From NCBI GenBank assembly GCA_963577905.1, contig CAUYZR010000001.1, positions 66 to 64,065 of the forward strand: a DNA stretch of 64,000 nt, in the 5' to 3' direction. This DNA is from Candidatus Thalassarchaeaceae archaeon (lineage in GTDB: Archaea; Thermoplasmatota; Poseidoniia; MGIII; CG-Epi1). The notes beneath the pieces were generated by a model. It did not search any database and was not told the DNA's origin. It saw only the letters and a program-made list of their open reading frames with translations. Both the position numbers and the translations under genes were made by a program. Shown one piece after another: positions 1 to 8,404 of this stretch. Every line of letters begins with the position of its first letter. The stretch's first letter is position 1.

Positions 1-795
1 ATTATAGAATTCATCAATTTCGTCAGTACAACGCGAACTTTCGTAGCTTATACTTTGTTGACTCTCAATATCATATTTATACAATAATGAGGGACTGGAA
101 ATCTCAAAGTCCAGATGCTCAGAGTAGTGTCTGACCTCAAAGTACGATTCGTATGCATCGTCCCGATAACCCCCCCCTGGAACATCATTTTGAACCCCTT
201 CTACATCAAACCAGGAAAATTCACCCACATAACCCAATGCAGCAAAAAGCAGGACTATGTAAGCAACACAAATTATCTGGGTCCCAAGGTTAGCTTCCTC
301 GGTAAGTTTGCTGAATGAAAAACTAAAGCTACCAGGGGATGATTCAGTTTGGATATTGTATTCCTTGTCCTTACCTAATTCAGCATAATCAGTATCCTCT
401 TCTATATCTCCGGATCTTTCTTGTTCAGTAAGTTTGCTGAAATCAAGATCTTCATCTTCATAGAGTACGGCTCTCAGCTTTTCCCTTTCCCAATAGATTG
501 CAGTCCCAAGTAATGACAATGCGGCAAACAGGATGTATTGTCCAAGATTGAATTTGGCTATTCTTTCAATGTAATCAACTTCTTCTTTCGTAATCTCCGA
601 ATCTAGACATCCGTCCTCATCAATGTCCCTCTCGCTCGCGTCTTCTTCTGGGCACTTGTCCCTGTCGTTAGTTACCCCATCTCCATCGTCATCGGAGATA
701 ATGAACATTGGAGGCTCATCATCTTCTGCATAGTAGGGGTAGATTGCAATCAGGAAAAAGGCAAATAGAACAGCTATCAACGGTCCAAATCTCAT
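1..795 (-). CDS. Membrane protein with a thrombospondin type-3-like Ca-binding motif (3' end runs off the window)
   Basis: Read by hand: ATG at 795, frame open to base 1 (MRFGPLIAVLFAFFLIAIYPYYAEDDEPPMFIISDDDGDGVTNDRDKCPEED...). DxDGDGxxxxxDxCP motif and several hydrophobic segments. Not in ORF track. Confidence 0.75.
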   Translation of the reverse strand, partial: MRFGPLIAVLFAFFLIAIYPYYAEDDEPPMFIISDDDGDGVTNDRDKCPEEDASERDIDEDGCLDSEITKEEVDYIERIAKFNLGQYILFAALSLLGTAIYWEREKLRAVLYEDEDLDFSKLTEQERSGDIEEDTDYAELGKDKEYNIQTESSPGSFSFSFSKLTEEANLGTQIICVAYIVLLFAALGYVGEFSWFDVEGVQNDVPGGGYRDDAYESYFEVRHYSEHLDFEISSPSLLYKYDIESQQSISYESSRCTDEIDEFYN

Positions 796-1149
796 CTATA
801 TCTCACAGACCCCATGACAGTATCTTTTTTTTGCCATTTGCTCATAGATATAGTCCAGAATGTTCATAATTAGAGGCAGGTGTGAAAGAGCCCAGATGGG
901 TTTGGCCCACCATATTTTCCGGCTCAGATAGACCACCGCCTTGGCACCCCCGTATACTTTTCGATTGTTCCCTATGACCTTCATCTCGGGTAGGTAATCG
1001 CCTTTTTTGATATTCAGTAATTTCATCACGGTGTGATTCTGCAAGGGCCTGATTCTGCAATCCCTCTTTTCCAGAGATGGTTTGAAAGTGTGAGCCCCTG
1101 AAGTACAGAAGAGGCATGACGCGTCATAGAGTAACCAAGTGGAGTTCAT
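796..1149 (-). CDS. DCC1/DUF393-like thiol-disulfide oxidoreductase
   Basis: N-terminal LLYDASCLFC (DxxCxxC) motif, later YGGAKAV; 117 aa. Confidence 0.8.
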   Translation of the reverse strand: MNSTWLLYDASCLFCTSGAHTFKPSLEKRDCRIRPLQNHTVMKLLNIKKGDYLPEMKVIGNNRKVYGGAKAVVYLSRKIWWAKPIWALSHLPLIMNILDYIYEQMAKKRYCHGVCEI

Positions 1150-1874
1150 CCTAGGACCGGACTATTCCAATAGACCATCGCCAGTGCAAAGATTGCTGCA
1201 ATTATGCCCAGATATGCTGGTTTGCTCCACATTATGACCTTGGATCCATCCAGAGGTTGTACGGGTATCATGTTGAATCCTCCTAGTATAAGATTTATTA
1301 CAATTATGAATCTTGCTAATTCCCCAAGCAAGGATATCGGCCAATCGAGACCAGCAGTGAAAATATAGATTGGTAAGGCTACAATGGCAATAGCGATATT
1401 TGTTAAGGGCCCCACAGCGGCGATAATACCATTCTGTCGGTCCGTTATCCTTCCAGACACCATTACTGCACCAGGTGCCGCTAAAAGAAAACCGAATGCA
1501 GACATGGCCAGAGCAAAGTACAATCCATTCTTGTTGCCTCTGTATTCTGCCCAGCAACCATACTGTTGCGCCATCCATTTGTGTGCTAATTCGTGTAGTA
1601 GAAATCCAGTCATCACCGCTGCAAAGGCAAGTGGCAAGGTTGTAATCAGAATACTTGGCTCATCTATTACGACGAATAGCCCATTGCTCAGAGCCAGAGC
1701 AAAGGCTAGTGTCAGGAAGCCAATTGATTCTCTGAGTTGTTCCTTTTCATAATCCGAGAAGGCCATTTTGCTATGAGGCCTTCGATTTATCTGAACAGGT
1801 TCTCCCCATCCATCAGACATTACGTGTCTTACTTGAAAAGTTTGATTCTTGAGTGATGGATCTCTCCACATCAT
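1146..1874 (-). CDS. Site-2 protease (peptidase M50 family)
   Basis: HELAH zinc motif, AAVGPLTN, FNMIPVQPLDG, multiple TM helices. Confidence 0.9.
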   Translation of the reverse strand: MMWRDPSLKNQTFQVRHVMSDGWGEPVQINRRPHSKMAFSDYEKEQLRESIGFLTLAFALALSNGLFVVIDEPSILITTLPLAFAAVMTGFLLHELAHKWMAQQYGCWAEYRGNKNGLYFALAMSAFGFLLAAPGAVMVSGRITDRQNGIIAAVGPLTNIAIAIVALPIYIFTAGLDWPISLLGELARFIIVINLILGGFNMIPVQPLDGSKVIMWSKPAYLGIIAAIFALAMVYWNSPVLG

Positions 1875-1944
1875 TCAAATCCATACGAGGTGGATTAAGA
1901 TAGTTATGTGACTAACAGTTTAAACAGTGGCATAATCCTAGGCT

Positions 1945-2172
1945 ATGATGGACGAGGTAGAGACCCTGAAACAGAAAATAAAGGATCTAGAATCACAACT
2001 GGAGGAACAAAAAGAGATACACGAAATCCAATTGAGCAAGGTCAAATCCGAGAACTATGAGGCTCTAGAAGCCTCTCAGACACGTTATCAGGCCGAATTG
2101 GAGATTCAACAGACGAATTTCCAGCGACAGATTGCTGGGCTTAAGGCCAAGCTGAATTCATTCGAAGCCTGA
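1945..2172 (+). CDS. Small coiled-coil hypothetical protein
   Basis: 75 aa with heptad E/K/Q/L pattern; TTTAAA about 25 nt upstream. Confidence 0.65.
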   Translation: MMDEVETLKQKIKDLESQLEEQKEIHEIQLSKVKSENYEALEASQTRYQAELEIQQTNFQRQIAGLKAKLNSFEA

Positions 2173-2221
2173 CCAATTTCACAATAACGTTAAATTCCAG
2201 CCCTCTAAGCTGGACACACAA

Positions 2222-2299
2222 GCTCCCGTGGTGTAGTCCGGCCCATCATCTCGGCCTTTCGAGCCGAATACCCGGGTTCAAATCCCGGCGGGAGCACCA
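2222..2299 (+). tRNA. tRNA-Glu (TTC)
   Basis: GCTCCCG/CGGGAGC acceptor stem, TCGGC-CTTTCGA-GCCGA anticodon arm, GGTTCAAATCC T-arm, encoded CCA. Confidence 0.97.
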
Positions 2300-2316
2300 T
2301 TTAATTAACCGTCAGG

Positions 2317-3255
2317 TTGAACAAGATGATGTCTACCAGTGAGTTGAAGAGAACGATGTTAATCGCTCTTGTGGGCGCCCTTGCAATTTCTTTTGCTCCA
2401 ATATTGTATAGCGTTTCTGGTCTAAATCCACTAAGTGGGGCTTTTTTCAGAATGATCTATGCTCTCCCCTTCCTTGCTTTGATTATCTGGTTCCGAGGTA
2501 TAGATGATAACCGGACCTTCAACACGAGACTGATTGCGATTGGAGCAGGAATCGTCTTTGCTCTTGATTTTGTAGCATACCATAGTTCAGTTGACTGGAT
2601 AGGTGCGGGCATTTCAACACTAATTGGCAATTCTCAGGTTCTTATAGTGACATTGATGAGTTGGTGGCTATTCGGTGAGAAGCCAAATCTCTCCATTCTA
2701 ATTGCCTTACCTATTGTAATGCTCGGTTTGTTATTAATATCGGGTATATGGGACGACGAACCTTATGGATCAAATCCAGTTAGAGGTGTTATTGCTGGCA
2801 TTACTGCCGCCGTTTTTTACTCGGGTTTTTTAATTATATACCGATTTGCCAATAGAGAACTTGCGCCTGCAACGAATCTACAATTCGATTCTACAGCAGG
2901 TTGTGTTTTTGGACTTTTAGTTCTTAGTATCTTGCCCCTGCAAGCTTTACATATCGAGCCAATTGATTTCCAACCTACATGGCCAGGCCATGGTTGGATC
3001 CTTTCACTAGCTATTGTGGGCCAAGTCTTTGGATGGTTAGCAATATCTTATTCATTACCTAGATTGCCAGCAGCACATACTTCATTTGTCCTTCTTCTCC
3101 AACCCGTTTTAACAATAGTGTGGGGAGTTATACTGCTATCAGAATTACCTTCTATTCAGCAATTCTTGGGTATGTGTTTGATATTGGGCTCAATTGTAGG
3201 AGTTACGGTCTATGGTTCAGTTGAGGATGGCACCGAGGGCGAGATAGAAATCTAA
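2317..3255 (+). CDS. DMT/EamA family transporter
   Basis: About 10 TM helices in two EamA-like halves (FGEKP, LLQPVLTIVWG). Confidence 0.9.
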   Translation: MNKMMSTSELKRTMLIALVGALAISFAPILYSVSGLNPLSGAFFRMIYALPFLALIIWFRGIDDNRTFNTRLIAIGAGIVFALDFVAYHSSVDWIGAGISTLIGNSQVLIVTLMSWWLFGEKPNLSILIALPIVMLGLLLISGIWDDEPYGSNPVRGVIAGITAAVFYSGFLIIYRFANRELAPATNLQFDSTAGCVFGLLVLSILPLQALHIEPIDFQPTWPGHGWILSLAIVGQVFGWLAISYSLPRLPAAHTSFVLLLQPVLTIVWGVILLSELPSIQQFLGMCLILGSIVGVTVYGSVEDGTEGEIEI

Positions 3256-3302
3256 CCCCCCCTTCCATGTAGAGGGGGCACCCCCTTGGTATTGTTGGTA
3301 GG

Positions 3303-3332
3303 CTGTCTACAAATTTTCGGAAATTGATATAT
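3303..3332. repeat. 30-bp direct repeat, copy 1 (CTGTCTACAAATTTTCGGAAATTGATATAT)
   Basis: Identical to 3535-3564. Confidence 0.95.
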
Positions 3333-3354
3333 AATCTAAAGGTTGTGTAAAATA

Positions 3355-3525
3355 ATGAGTGGTAAAGATGTTGACGGTTTCGTAATGGCTGCAAAAGAGA
3401 GGTATGGGCTTGAAAAAAGAATTGTGAAATTAGAACTGTTTATGAAATATCTTTTACAAAGCGAAGTATCTCTAAAGAAATATAACGAGTGGCTAGAAAG
3501 TAAAGGTTATGAAATACGTAGATGA
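3355..3525 (+). CDS. 56-aa hypothetical protein between the direct repeats
   Basis: ATG at 3355 (MSGKDVDGFVMAAKERYGLEKRIVKLELFMK...), about 25 nt downstream of a BRE/TATA-like CGGAAATTGATATATAA. Confidence 0.6.
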   Translation: MSGKDVDGFVMAAKERYGLEKRIVKLELFMKYLLQSEVSLKKYNEWLESKGYEIRR

Positions 3526-3534
3526 TATTTTTTC

Positions 3535-3564
3535 CTGTCTACAAATTTTCGGAAATTGATATAT
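3535..3564. repeat. 30-bp direct repeat, copy 2
   Basis: Identical to 3303-3332. Confidence 0.95.
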
Positions 3565-3722
3565 TATCTCCCAAATAGCCAATAAAAGAAGCCACCAATA
3601 TCTGGTTTTTCACAATGACATCGTTGATTCTTTGGTATTCCTCTAAGTACCATTTCGATATGCTGGCCACATCCTGTCCAAGTTGCTTTTTGACATCTCC
3701 GACAGGTTGCTTTACTACACAT
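3564..3722 (-). CDS. 52-aa Cys-rich, probably metal-binding micro-protein
   Basis: Translated by hand: MCSKATCRRCQKATWTGCGQHIEMVLRGIPKNQRCHCEKPDIGGFFYWLFGR*. Below the ORF-track cutoff; pattern MCxxxxCxxCxKxTWxGCGxHIE...RCxC. Confidence 0.8.
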   Translation of the reverse strand: MCSKATCRRCQKATWTGCGQHIEMVLRGIPKNQRCHCEKPDIGGFFYWLFGR

Positions 3723-3846
3723 ATTTGTTTCACACTATGTGGACTTAATGTAATTTCACCCACCCCTTTTTGACCCCCTCCAAAATAGGGACATATGAGC
3801 CCAAAACGACGTGCAAAGTCAAACAGCATGTCGTCTGATGGTATTT

Positions 3847-3933
3847 TGGCGCCGAGGGCGAGATTTGAACTCGCGAGGGATTGCTCCCACGGGCTTTCCA
3901 GGCCCGCGCTATACCGGGCTAAGCGACCTCGGC
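3847..3933 (-). tRNA. tRNA-Ser (GGA)
   Basis: Reverse complement GCCGAGG...CGGGC-CTGGAAA-GCCCG, long variable arm, GAGTTCAAATCTC, encoded CCA. Confidence 0.97.
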
Positions 3934-4028
3934 TTGCCATTGTCACTTTGAGAGGGGGTTTTAGCATTAATCAGGGCATATACTTATTACGAGACCTTTC
4001 AGCTGAATAGACAGTTATAGAGGTAATT

Positions 4029-4400
4029 TTGAAAGAAAAGGAAAGATTACAGGAAGAAGAAAGAATAAAGATTCAGGAAGAAGAAAGAATAAAGATTCAG
4101 AAAGAAAAGGATAGGGCCCTAAAAGAGCGATTCAAGTCCATTGTTGAACTGTTGAAGGAAACTTACTATCCAGGTCATGCCACCACTGCTAGACGTGTCA
4201 TTGAAAGGCACCTCATTCGTGAATTTGGACTGAAACCTAGACAGGCTACTTACCATGGTGCAGCCATAATAGAATTATTACAGGACCATGAACTTATCCA
4301 ACCGTTACCCGAGGTAGATGCAAATGGGCAACCATTCACCAAGAAAAAACGGCCCTTGTTGAAGATAAACATCAAGAAATTACAGGATTACAAGACTTAA
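4029..4400 (+). CDS. Hypothetical protein: charged N-terminal helix plus possible winged-helix-like domain
   Basis: 123-aa ORF filling the intergenic space; stop overlaps the coaBC stop. Confidence 0.65.
   Translation: MKEKERLQEEERIKIQEEERIKIQKEKDRALKERFKSIVELLKETYYPGHATTARRVIERHLIREFGLKPRQATYHGAAIIELLQDHELIQPLPEVDANGQPFTKKKRPLLKINIKKLQDYKT
4050..4097 (+). repeat. 24-bp tandem repeat x2 (CAGGAAGAAGAAAGAATAAAGATT), in-frame QEEERIKI
   Basis: Two exact adjacent copies plus a partial third. Confidence 0.9.
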
Positions 4401-5581
4401 TTTAGTTCTGACGCAATCTTATCCAGTATCTTATTCGAAATTTCTACCTTGCTACCGGAGTTCCACTCGGTATTTTTCTTGTCAACAATCGCAACCTTGC
4501 ATTTATCCGATCCCATTGACTTTGAATGATTGGCTATAACACAGTTCGCATTTTTCAACAAGACCCTAGCCTTTGCCAGTAATTCTTTTTCGCTAATCCG
4601 GGCTCCCAGTTTGAAAACATACAATAGCCCCTTATGTTTCTTTCGGATGCTATTGATTATCTTTGGTACATTCTTCATTTTTAGAGTTATTGGTTTTGCC
4701 GAATCCAATTTTCCCTTGGCTTGTTCAGGTATGAAATCAGATAGTGCAGCAGGCACGATAACTGCGTCGTAACGCTTCATACTCTTCACTAGGCCCTTTA
4801 ATTTTGAAAGAGCTTCGAAGCGTGTGGTCTTGATCCAGTTTCCGCATTCATAGTTGGCATTACCCAACCACAAGTCGACATCAGCCCCCATTGCAAAAGC
4901 TGATTCGGCCAAAGCAATGGCCATCCTTCCGCTTGATCTGTTGCTGACTACTCTCACCTCATCAATAGGCTCACTACTGCCCCCACCTATGATCAGAACC
5001 TTCTTTCGATTCAGCGTCTTGGGGCCGGCCATATTACATGCCTCAGCTACCAGTCTTTCCTTGGAAGGCAACTTGGCCTTTCCTTCAATCATCACCGGTT
5101 CAATCACATTCGCGAATTTCTTGACAACCTTTATGTTTTTCTGGATAATATCCGAATTTGACATATTCTTGTCCATTGCTGGTGCTACAATCATAGGTGT
5201 CTTGGCCCCAATACAGGTCAACGCTACCAGCATGGGCGGGTTGTCACCGATTCCATTCACCATCTTTCCAAGACTGGTTGCACAACAGGGAGTGATCATT
5301 AACAAATTAGCTTCGTGTCCTGCGATAACATGTTCAACTTGTCCCGTAATCTCTTTGATTATGGGTTTTCCACAGGCGAATTCGAGTGATTTCTCACCGA
5401 CCAGTTCCAGAGCCGCCCGATTGGCAACTACAGTTACCCTAGCCCCATATCTCAGCAGTTCACGTATGATTCCAACGGTTTCCACACAGGATACTGACCC
5501 CGTCACTCCTACCCAGACGTTCTTGCCTTCTAGATAATTACCCTTACGTTCAACATTGTTGGCTGGATGATTAGGGTTCAT
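4397..5581 (-). CDS. coaBC: Bifunctional phosphopantothenoylcysteine decarboxylase/synthetase
   Basis: GVTGSVS, QVEH, PAM, GGSSEPIDEVRVVSNRSSGRM, PAALSDF. Start placed at ATG 5581, overlapping the upstream stop. Confidence 0.93.
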   Translation of the reverse strand: MNPNHPANNVERKGNYLEGKNVWVGVTGSVSCVETVGIIRELLRYGARVTVVANRAALELVGEKSLEFACGKPIIKEITGQVEHVIAGHEANLLMITPCCATSLGKMVNGIGDNPPMLVALTCIGAKTPMIVAPAMDKNMSNSDIIQKNIKVVKKFANVIEPVMIEGKAKLPSKERLVAEACNMAGPKTLNRKKVLIIGGGSSEPIDEVRVVSNRSSGRMAIALAESAFAMGADVDLWLGNANYECGNWIKTTRFEALSKLKGLVKSMKRYDAVIVPAALSDFIPEQAKGKLDSAKPITLKMKNVPKIINSIRKKHKGLLYVFKLGARISEKELLAKARVLLKNANCVIANHSKSMGSDKCKVAIVDKKNTEWNSGSKVEISNKILDKIASELN

Positions 5582-6477
5582 TAATTCTCCGCGAGTAGTT
5601 TGATTGTTTTTCGGTATTTGTCCAGTACCAGTTCGATTTGCGTCTCTATTTTGGCCCATCCTTTTTTCAGTGAACTGTAGCGCAAGTGGAATGCACTTGT
5701 GGGCGGTCCACCATCTTCGGCTCTGCAGCGTTCTATAAATCCCAGAGAAATAAGCCGATTTAAGTGACGATACGCGGTGGGTCTGGTTGTCTCTATCCAG
5801 GCTGCAATCTCTTCCGCCGTCCAGGCCCTATCAGGCCTCTGGAAAAAACATTCATCAATTATCTTGTAAGGCATTGATTCACGGTATGGATAGTGGTGAT
5901 TTGAGAACAGTCCAATCCCTCTTCCCAGAGCACCCAATTCTAATTCGTAGTTCTGATCGGTTTCCATTCTAATTTCCCTGATATCTATCCCAAAGGATTC
6001 GTCCTTCTCCAGAATCATCATACCTTCAGGTACAGTCTCCTTGGCCTCCTTTAAGGTCTGATTCAGGTTGCTTACTATCTTCCGATAAGTGTCAAGACAG
6101 ATTCTGGCCCTGTTCTCCACACCTGCCCATGCCTTTTGCAGGTCATAGTGCCATAGTCTGACTTTCTTTGGGTCCTCCGCCTTCCCTGGAAAATCCTCCG
6201 TCAGAAATCCTGCTTCACGTAGCCACTGTAAATGTCTGTAGATGCCCTGTAAGGGAACACCTAGTTCAGTTGCAATGTCCGAGGTCGTCCATGAATGCGT
6301 GGGTTCCGGAATCAAACATTTGGTGAAGAGTCGAATCCCTGTCTTTGCTCTTTTGGTTTCCCTTGACCTAGGCCCATCAGTTCCTAAAAACCCTATGGCT
6401 TGCAGAAAATCTGCGGCTAAGTTTTCCTTACCTCCACCATAGGTCTCATTCAGATTCCGAATTCTCAATTTGAACAT
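5581..6477 (-). CDS. Tandem winged-HTH (ArsR-like) protein
   Basis: Two homologous halves: WTTSDIATELGVPLQGIYRHLQWL and WTAEEIAAWIETTRPTAYRHLNRL. Confidence 0.75.
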   Translation of the reverse strand: MFKLRIRNLNETYGGGKENLAADFLQAIGFLGTDGPRSRETKRAKTGIRLFTKCLIPEPTHSWTTSDIATELGVPLQGIYRHLQWLREAGFLTEDFPGKAEDPKKVRLWHYDLQKAWAGVENRARICLDTYRKIVSNLNQTLKEAKETVPEGMMILEKDESFGIDIREIRMETDQNYELELGALGRGIGLFSNHHYPYRESMPYKIIDECFFQRPDRAWTAEEIAAWIETTRPTAYRHLNRLISLGFIERCRAEDGGPPTSAFHLRYSSLKKGWAKIETQIELVLDKYRKTIKLLAEN

Positions 6478-8342
6478 CAGTTCCACTCCTTGGTATCCAG
6501 CTTTTCCAGGATTCGGGCCTTGAATTTCCGGGCTTTCTGGTTTCCAGGATTCAATGCCAGAAGTTTATGGAGATCTCCCATTGCGTCACCAAGTTTCTTA
6601 GAATCATGATGAGCCTCAGCCCTTTCCCACAAAGCACCTTCATCCTCTGAATCAATGTCCAGAATCCGAGATAGTGCCATAATCAACAATTCACGCTTGT
6701 CTTGAGCACGGTAAACATTGGTCAGTTTTCTCCATCCTCTCTTAAAATCGGGTCTGATATTGACGGCCTTTGAATAACCTTTGGAATCTGCTCTTTCGTA
6801 GTCTCCTAAACTAAAGTAAATGTCACCTCTGACCATATAGGGACGAAAGTCCTCTTCCATCAGGGCAATCGATTTTTCAACCGATTTCAAGGCTTCTTTG
6901 ACTCTTCCAAGTTTGGACTGGACCCTTCCCAATCCAAGATATGCAAGTCCGTGATTACTTTCTAGTTCTAGGGCAATAAGATAGGCTTCCTCCGCGTCCT
7001 CCATCTTCTCAAGTCGTTCTTTTATCTGCCCTAGTCTCAACCATGCGTCTCCGAAAGTGTAACTTATCTCGGTCGAATTCTGGAAACACTCCTCGGCATC
7101 GTCCCATTGCCGAAGTTTACGATGCAAATTCCCTTTTTCAAACCAATGATTCTCGTTGTGTGGGTCAATTTCCAGTGCCATAGAATAGTATGTTATAGAT
7201 CTGGTGTACTCTCTGTGCCCAGTCAGTGCTCTGGCCTTACTAAGCCACATCCTTGAATCTTGCATCAAAACACCGTCCCGCTGAGCTCTTCTGATTAATC
7301 TTCCAGCCACTTCCAGTGAACGGCTGGGATATCCAGTATCAAGAAATTCCTGAGCTTCCTCTAGCATTCTTTCCCTTGCTTCTCGATCGGTTCTCCTCAG
7401 AATGAAAAGAAGGCCAGAGCCTGTCATTGGCAGTCCACCCCCAATGAATCCACCTGAAGCTAGACTGGGTTCAATCAACCATCCAATTCCTGCCAGACCT
7501 GCAATATAACATCCGATCACAAAACCTGCCAATTGGTATCTTCTATGGTGTAGACCTGCAAGCCCCATTCCAAGAAACAACAAAGGTATTAGAAGTAGCC
7601 AAACCGATTCTTCAATCCAATTAAAGACTGACATCAAAAGGACAATGGTTAGTATTAGTGACCCACCAAAGGCAATGGCTAGAGCATAGGGTACCAGCCC
7701 TCTTTCCAGAAGTCCGAGGCCATAGATCAACATAACTATTCCCAGACTCCCGGCGTAAACTGCAATTGTGGTTACAGCCCTGAGTGAGATATCACCATCA
7801 CAACTTATCTCGGTGTATTCCGTCAGGCACGAATTTTCACGAATCTCGTAAACTATGAAGAACAGAGTGATTAGAACACTCCCTATCGATAGTATAAGTC
7901 CTGACGTCCTGACATCGGCATTTTTCTTGATTTCGATATTATGGACATTAAATGAGATTAGAATGCCCAGACCACAGGCCGTCAGCAGAAAAATAGCCAG
8001 TGCGGTTCCCACATACTTCAGAACCTCCAATTCAGTGAAGTTCCAGGCAATGAAATTGAAGATACTAATAATAAAAATAATGAGAGCACTGATAACTACA
8101 GAACGACTCTTCCCATCCAGATAGCGGATAGTGTCCTTTATCTTTCTCTTAATGAGAGGATCCACAGGTTCTTTCTCTTCTTCTACGCCTAATTTTGTGG
8201 TATAATCTATTGGTGCCAATTCTTCTTCATCGGATTCTTTGGTCTCAGTATCTATTTTTTCTGAATCCTCATCCTTAGATTCCACATTTTCATCAATGCT
8301 TTCCTCTTTGGAATCACTTTCAGAATCAGTCTCCTCAGCCAT
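6477..8342 (-). CDS. Multi-pass membrane protein with C-terminal TPR repeats
   Basis: Acidic N-terminus, about 8-9 TM helices, then TPR patterns (ALEIDP, AWLRLG, AYLGLG, LLALNP). Start at MAEETD inferred. Confidence 0.85.
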   Translation of the reverse strand: MAEETDSESDSKEESIDENVESKDEDSEKIDTETKESDEEELAPIDYTTKLGVEEEKEPVDPLIKRKIKDTIRYLDGKSRSVVISALIIFIISIFNFIAWNFTELEVLKYVGTALAIFLLTACGLGILISFNVHNIEIKKNADVRTSGLILSIGSVLITLFFIVYEIRENSCLTEYTEISCDGDISLRAVTTIAVYAGSLGIVMLIYGLGLLERGLVPYALAIAFGGSLILTIVLLMSVFNWIEESVWLLLIPLLFLGMGLAGLHHRRYQLAGFVIGCYIAGLAGIGWLIEPSLASGGFIGGGLPMTGSGLLFILRRTDREARERMLEEAQEFLDTGYPSRSLEVAGRLIRRAQRDGVLMQDSRMWLSKARALTGHREYTRSITYYSMALEIDPHNENHWFEKGNLHRKLRQWDDAEECFQNSTEISYTFGDAWLRLGQIKERLEKMEDAEEAYLIALELESNHGLAYLGLGRVQSKLGRVKEALKSVEKSIALMEEDFRPYMVRGDIYFSLGDYERADSKGYSKAVNIRPDFKRGWRKLTNVYRAQDKRELLIMALSRILDIDSEDEGALWERAEAHHDSKKLGDAMGDLHKLLALNPGNQKARKFKARILEKLDTKEWN

Positions 8343-8404
8343 GCTACCTTGTAAAGATTTTATGGTAATATAATACAAGTATTAAAACTGATTGTTAGTT
8401 AAAT

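Noticed and set aside
3303..3564. 30-bp repeats as a CRISPR array (minus strand has AATTTC...TTGTAGA, loosely like Cas12a repeats)
   Set aside because: Only two copies, the 202-bp spacer contains a gene, the Cas12a stem is not formed and no cas genes are present.
3539..4010. ORF-track entries overlapping tRNA-Ser (also 21173-21367 and 34658-34939 over other tRNAs)
   Set aside because: They run through tRNA genes; the credible gene here is the 52-aa ORF in another frame.
4854..5537. Long antisense ORFs (e.g. 4854-5537, 19683-20264, 31397-32014, 38780-39349)
   Set aside because: Shadows of well-supported genes on the opposite strand, with no recognisable motifs.
4397..5581. CoaBC lacking the bacterial ACGDxG Cys motif as inactive
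   Set aside because: Archaeal CoaBC proteins have the alternative E(E/G)KAK-type segment seen here.
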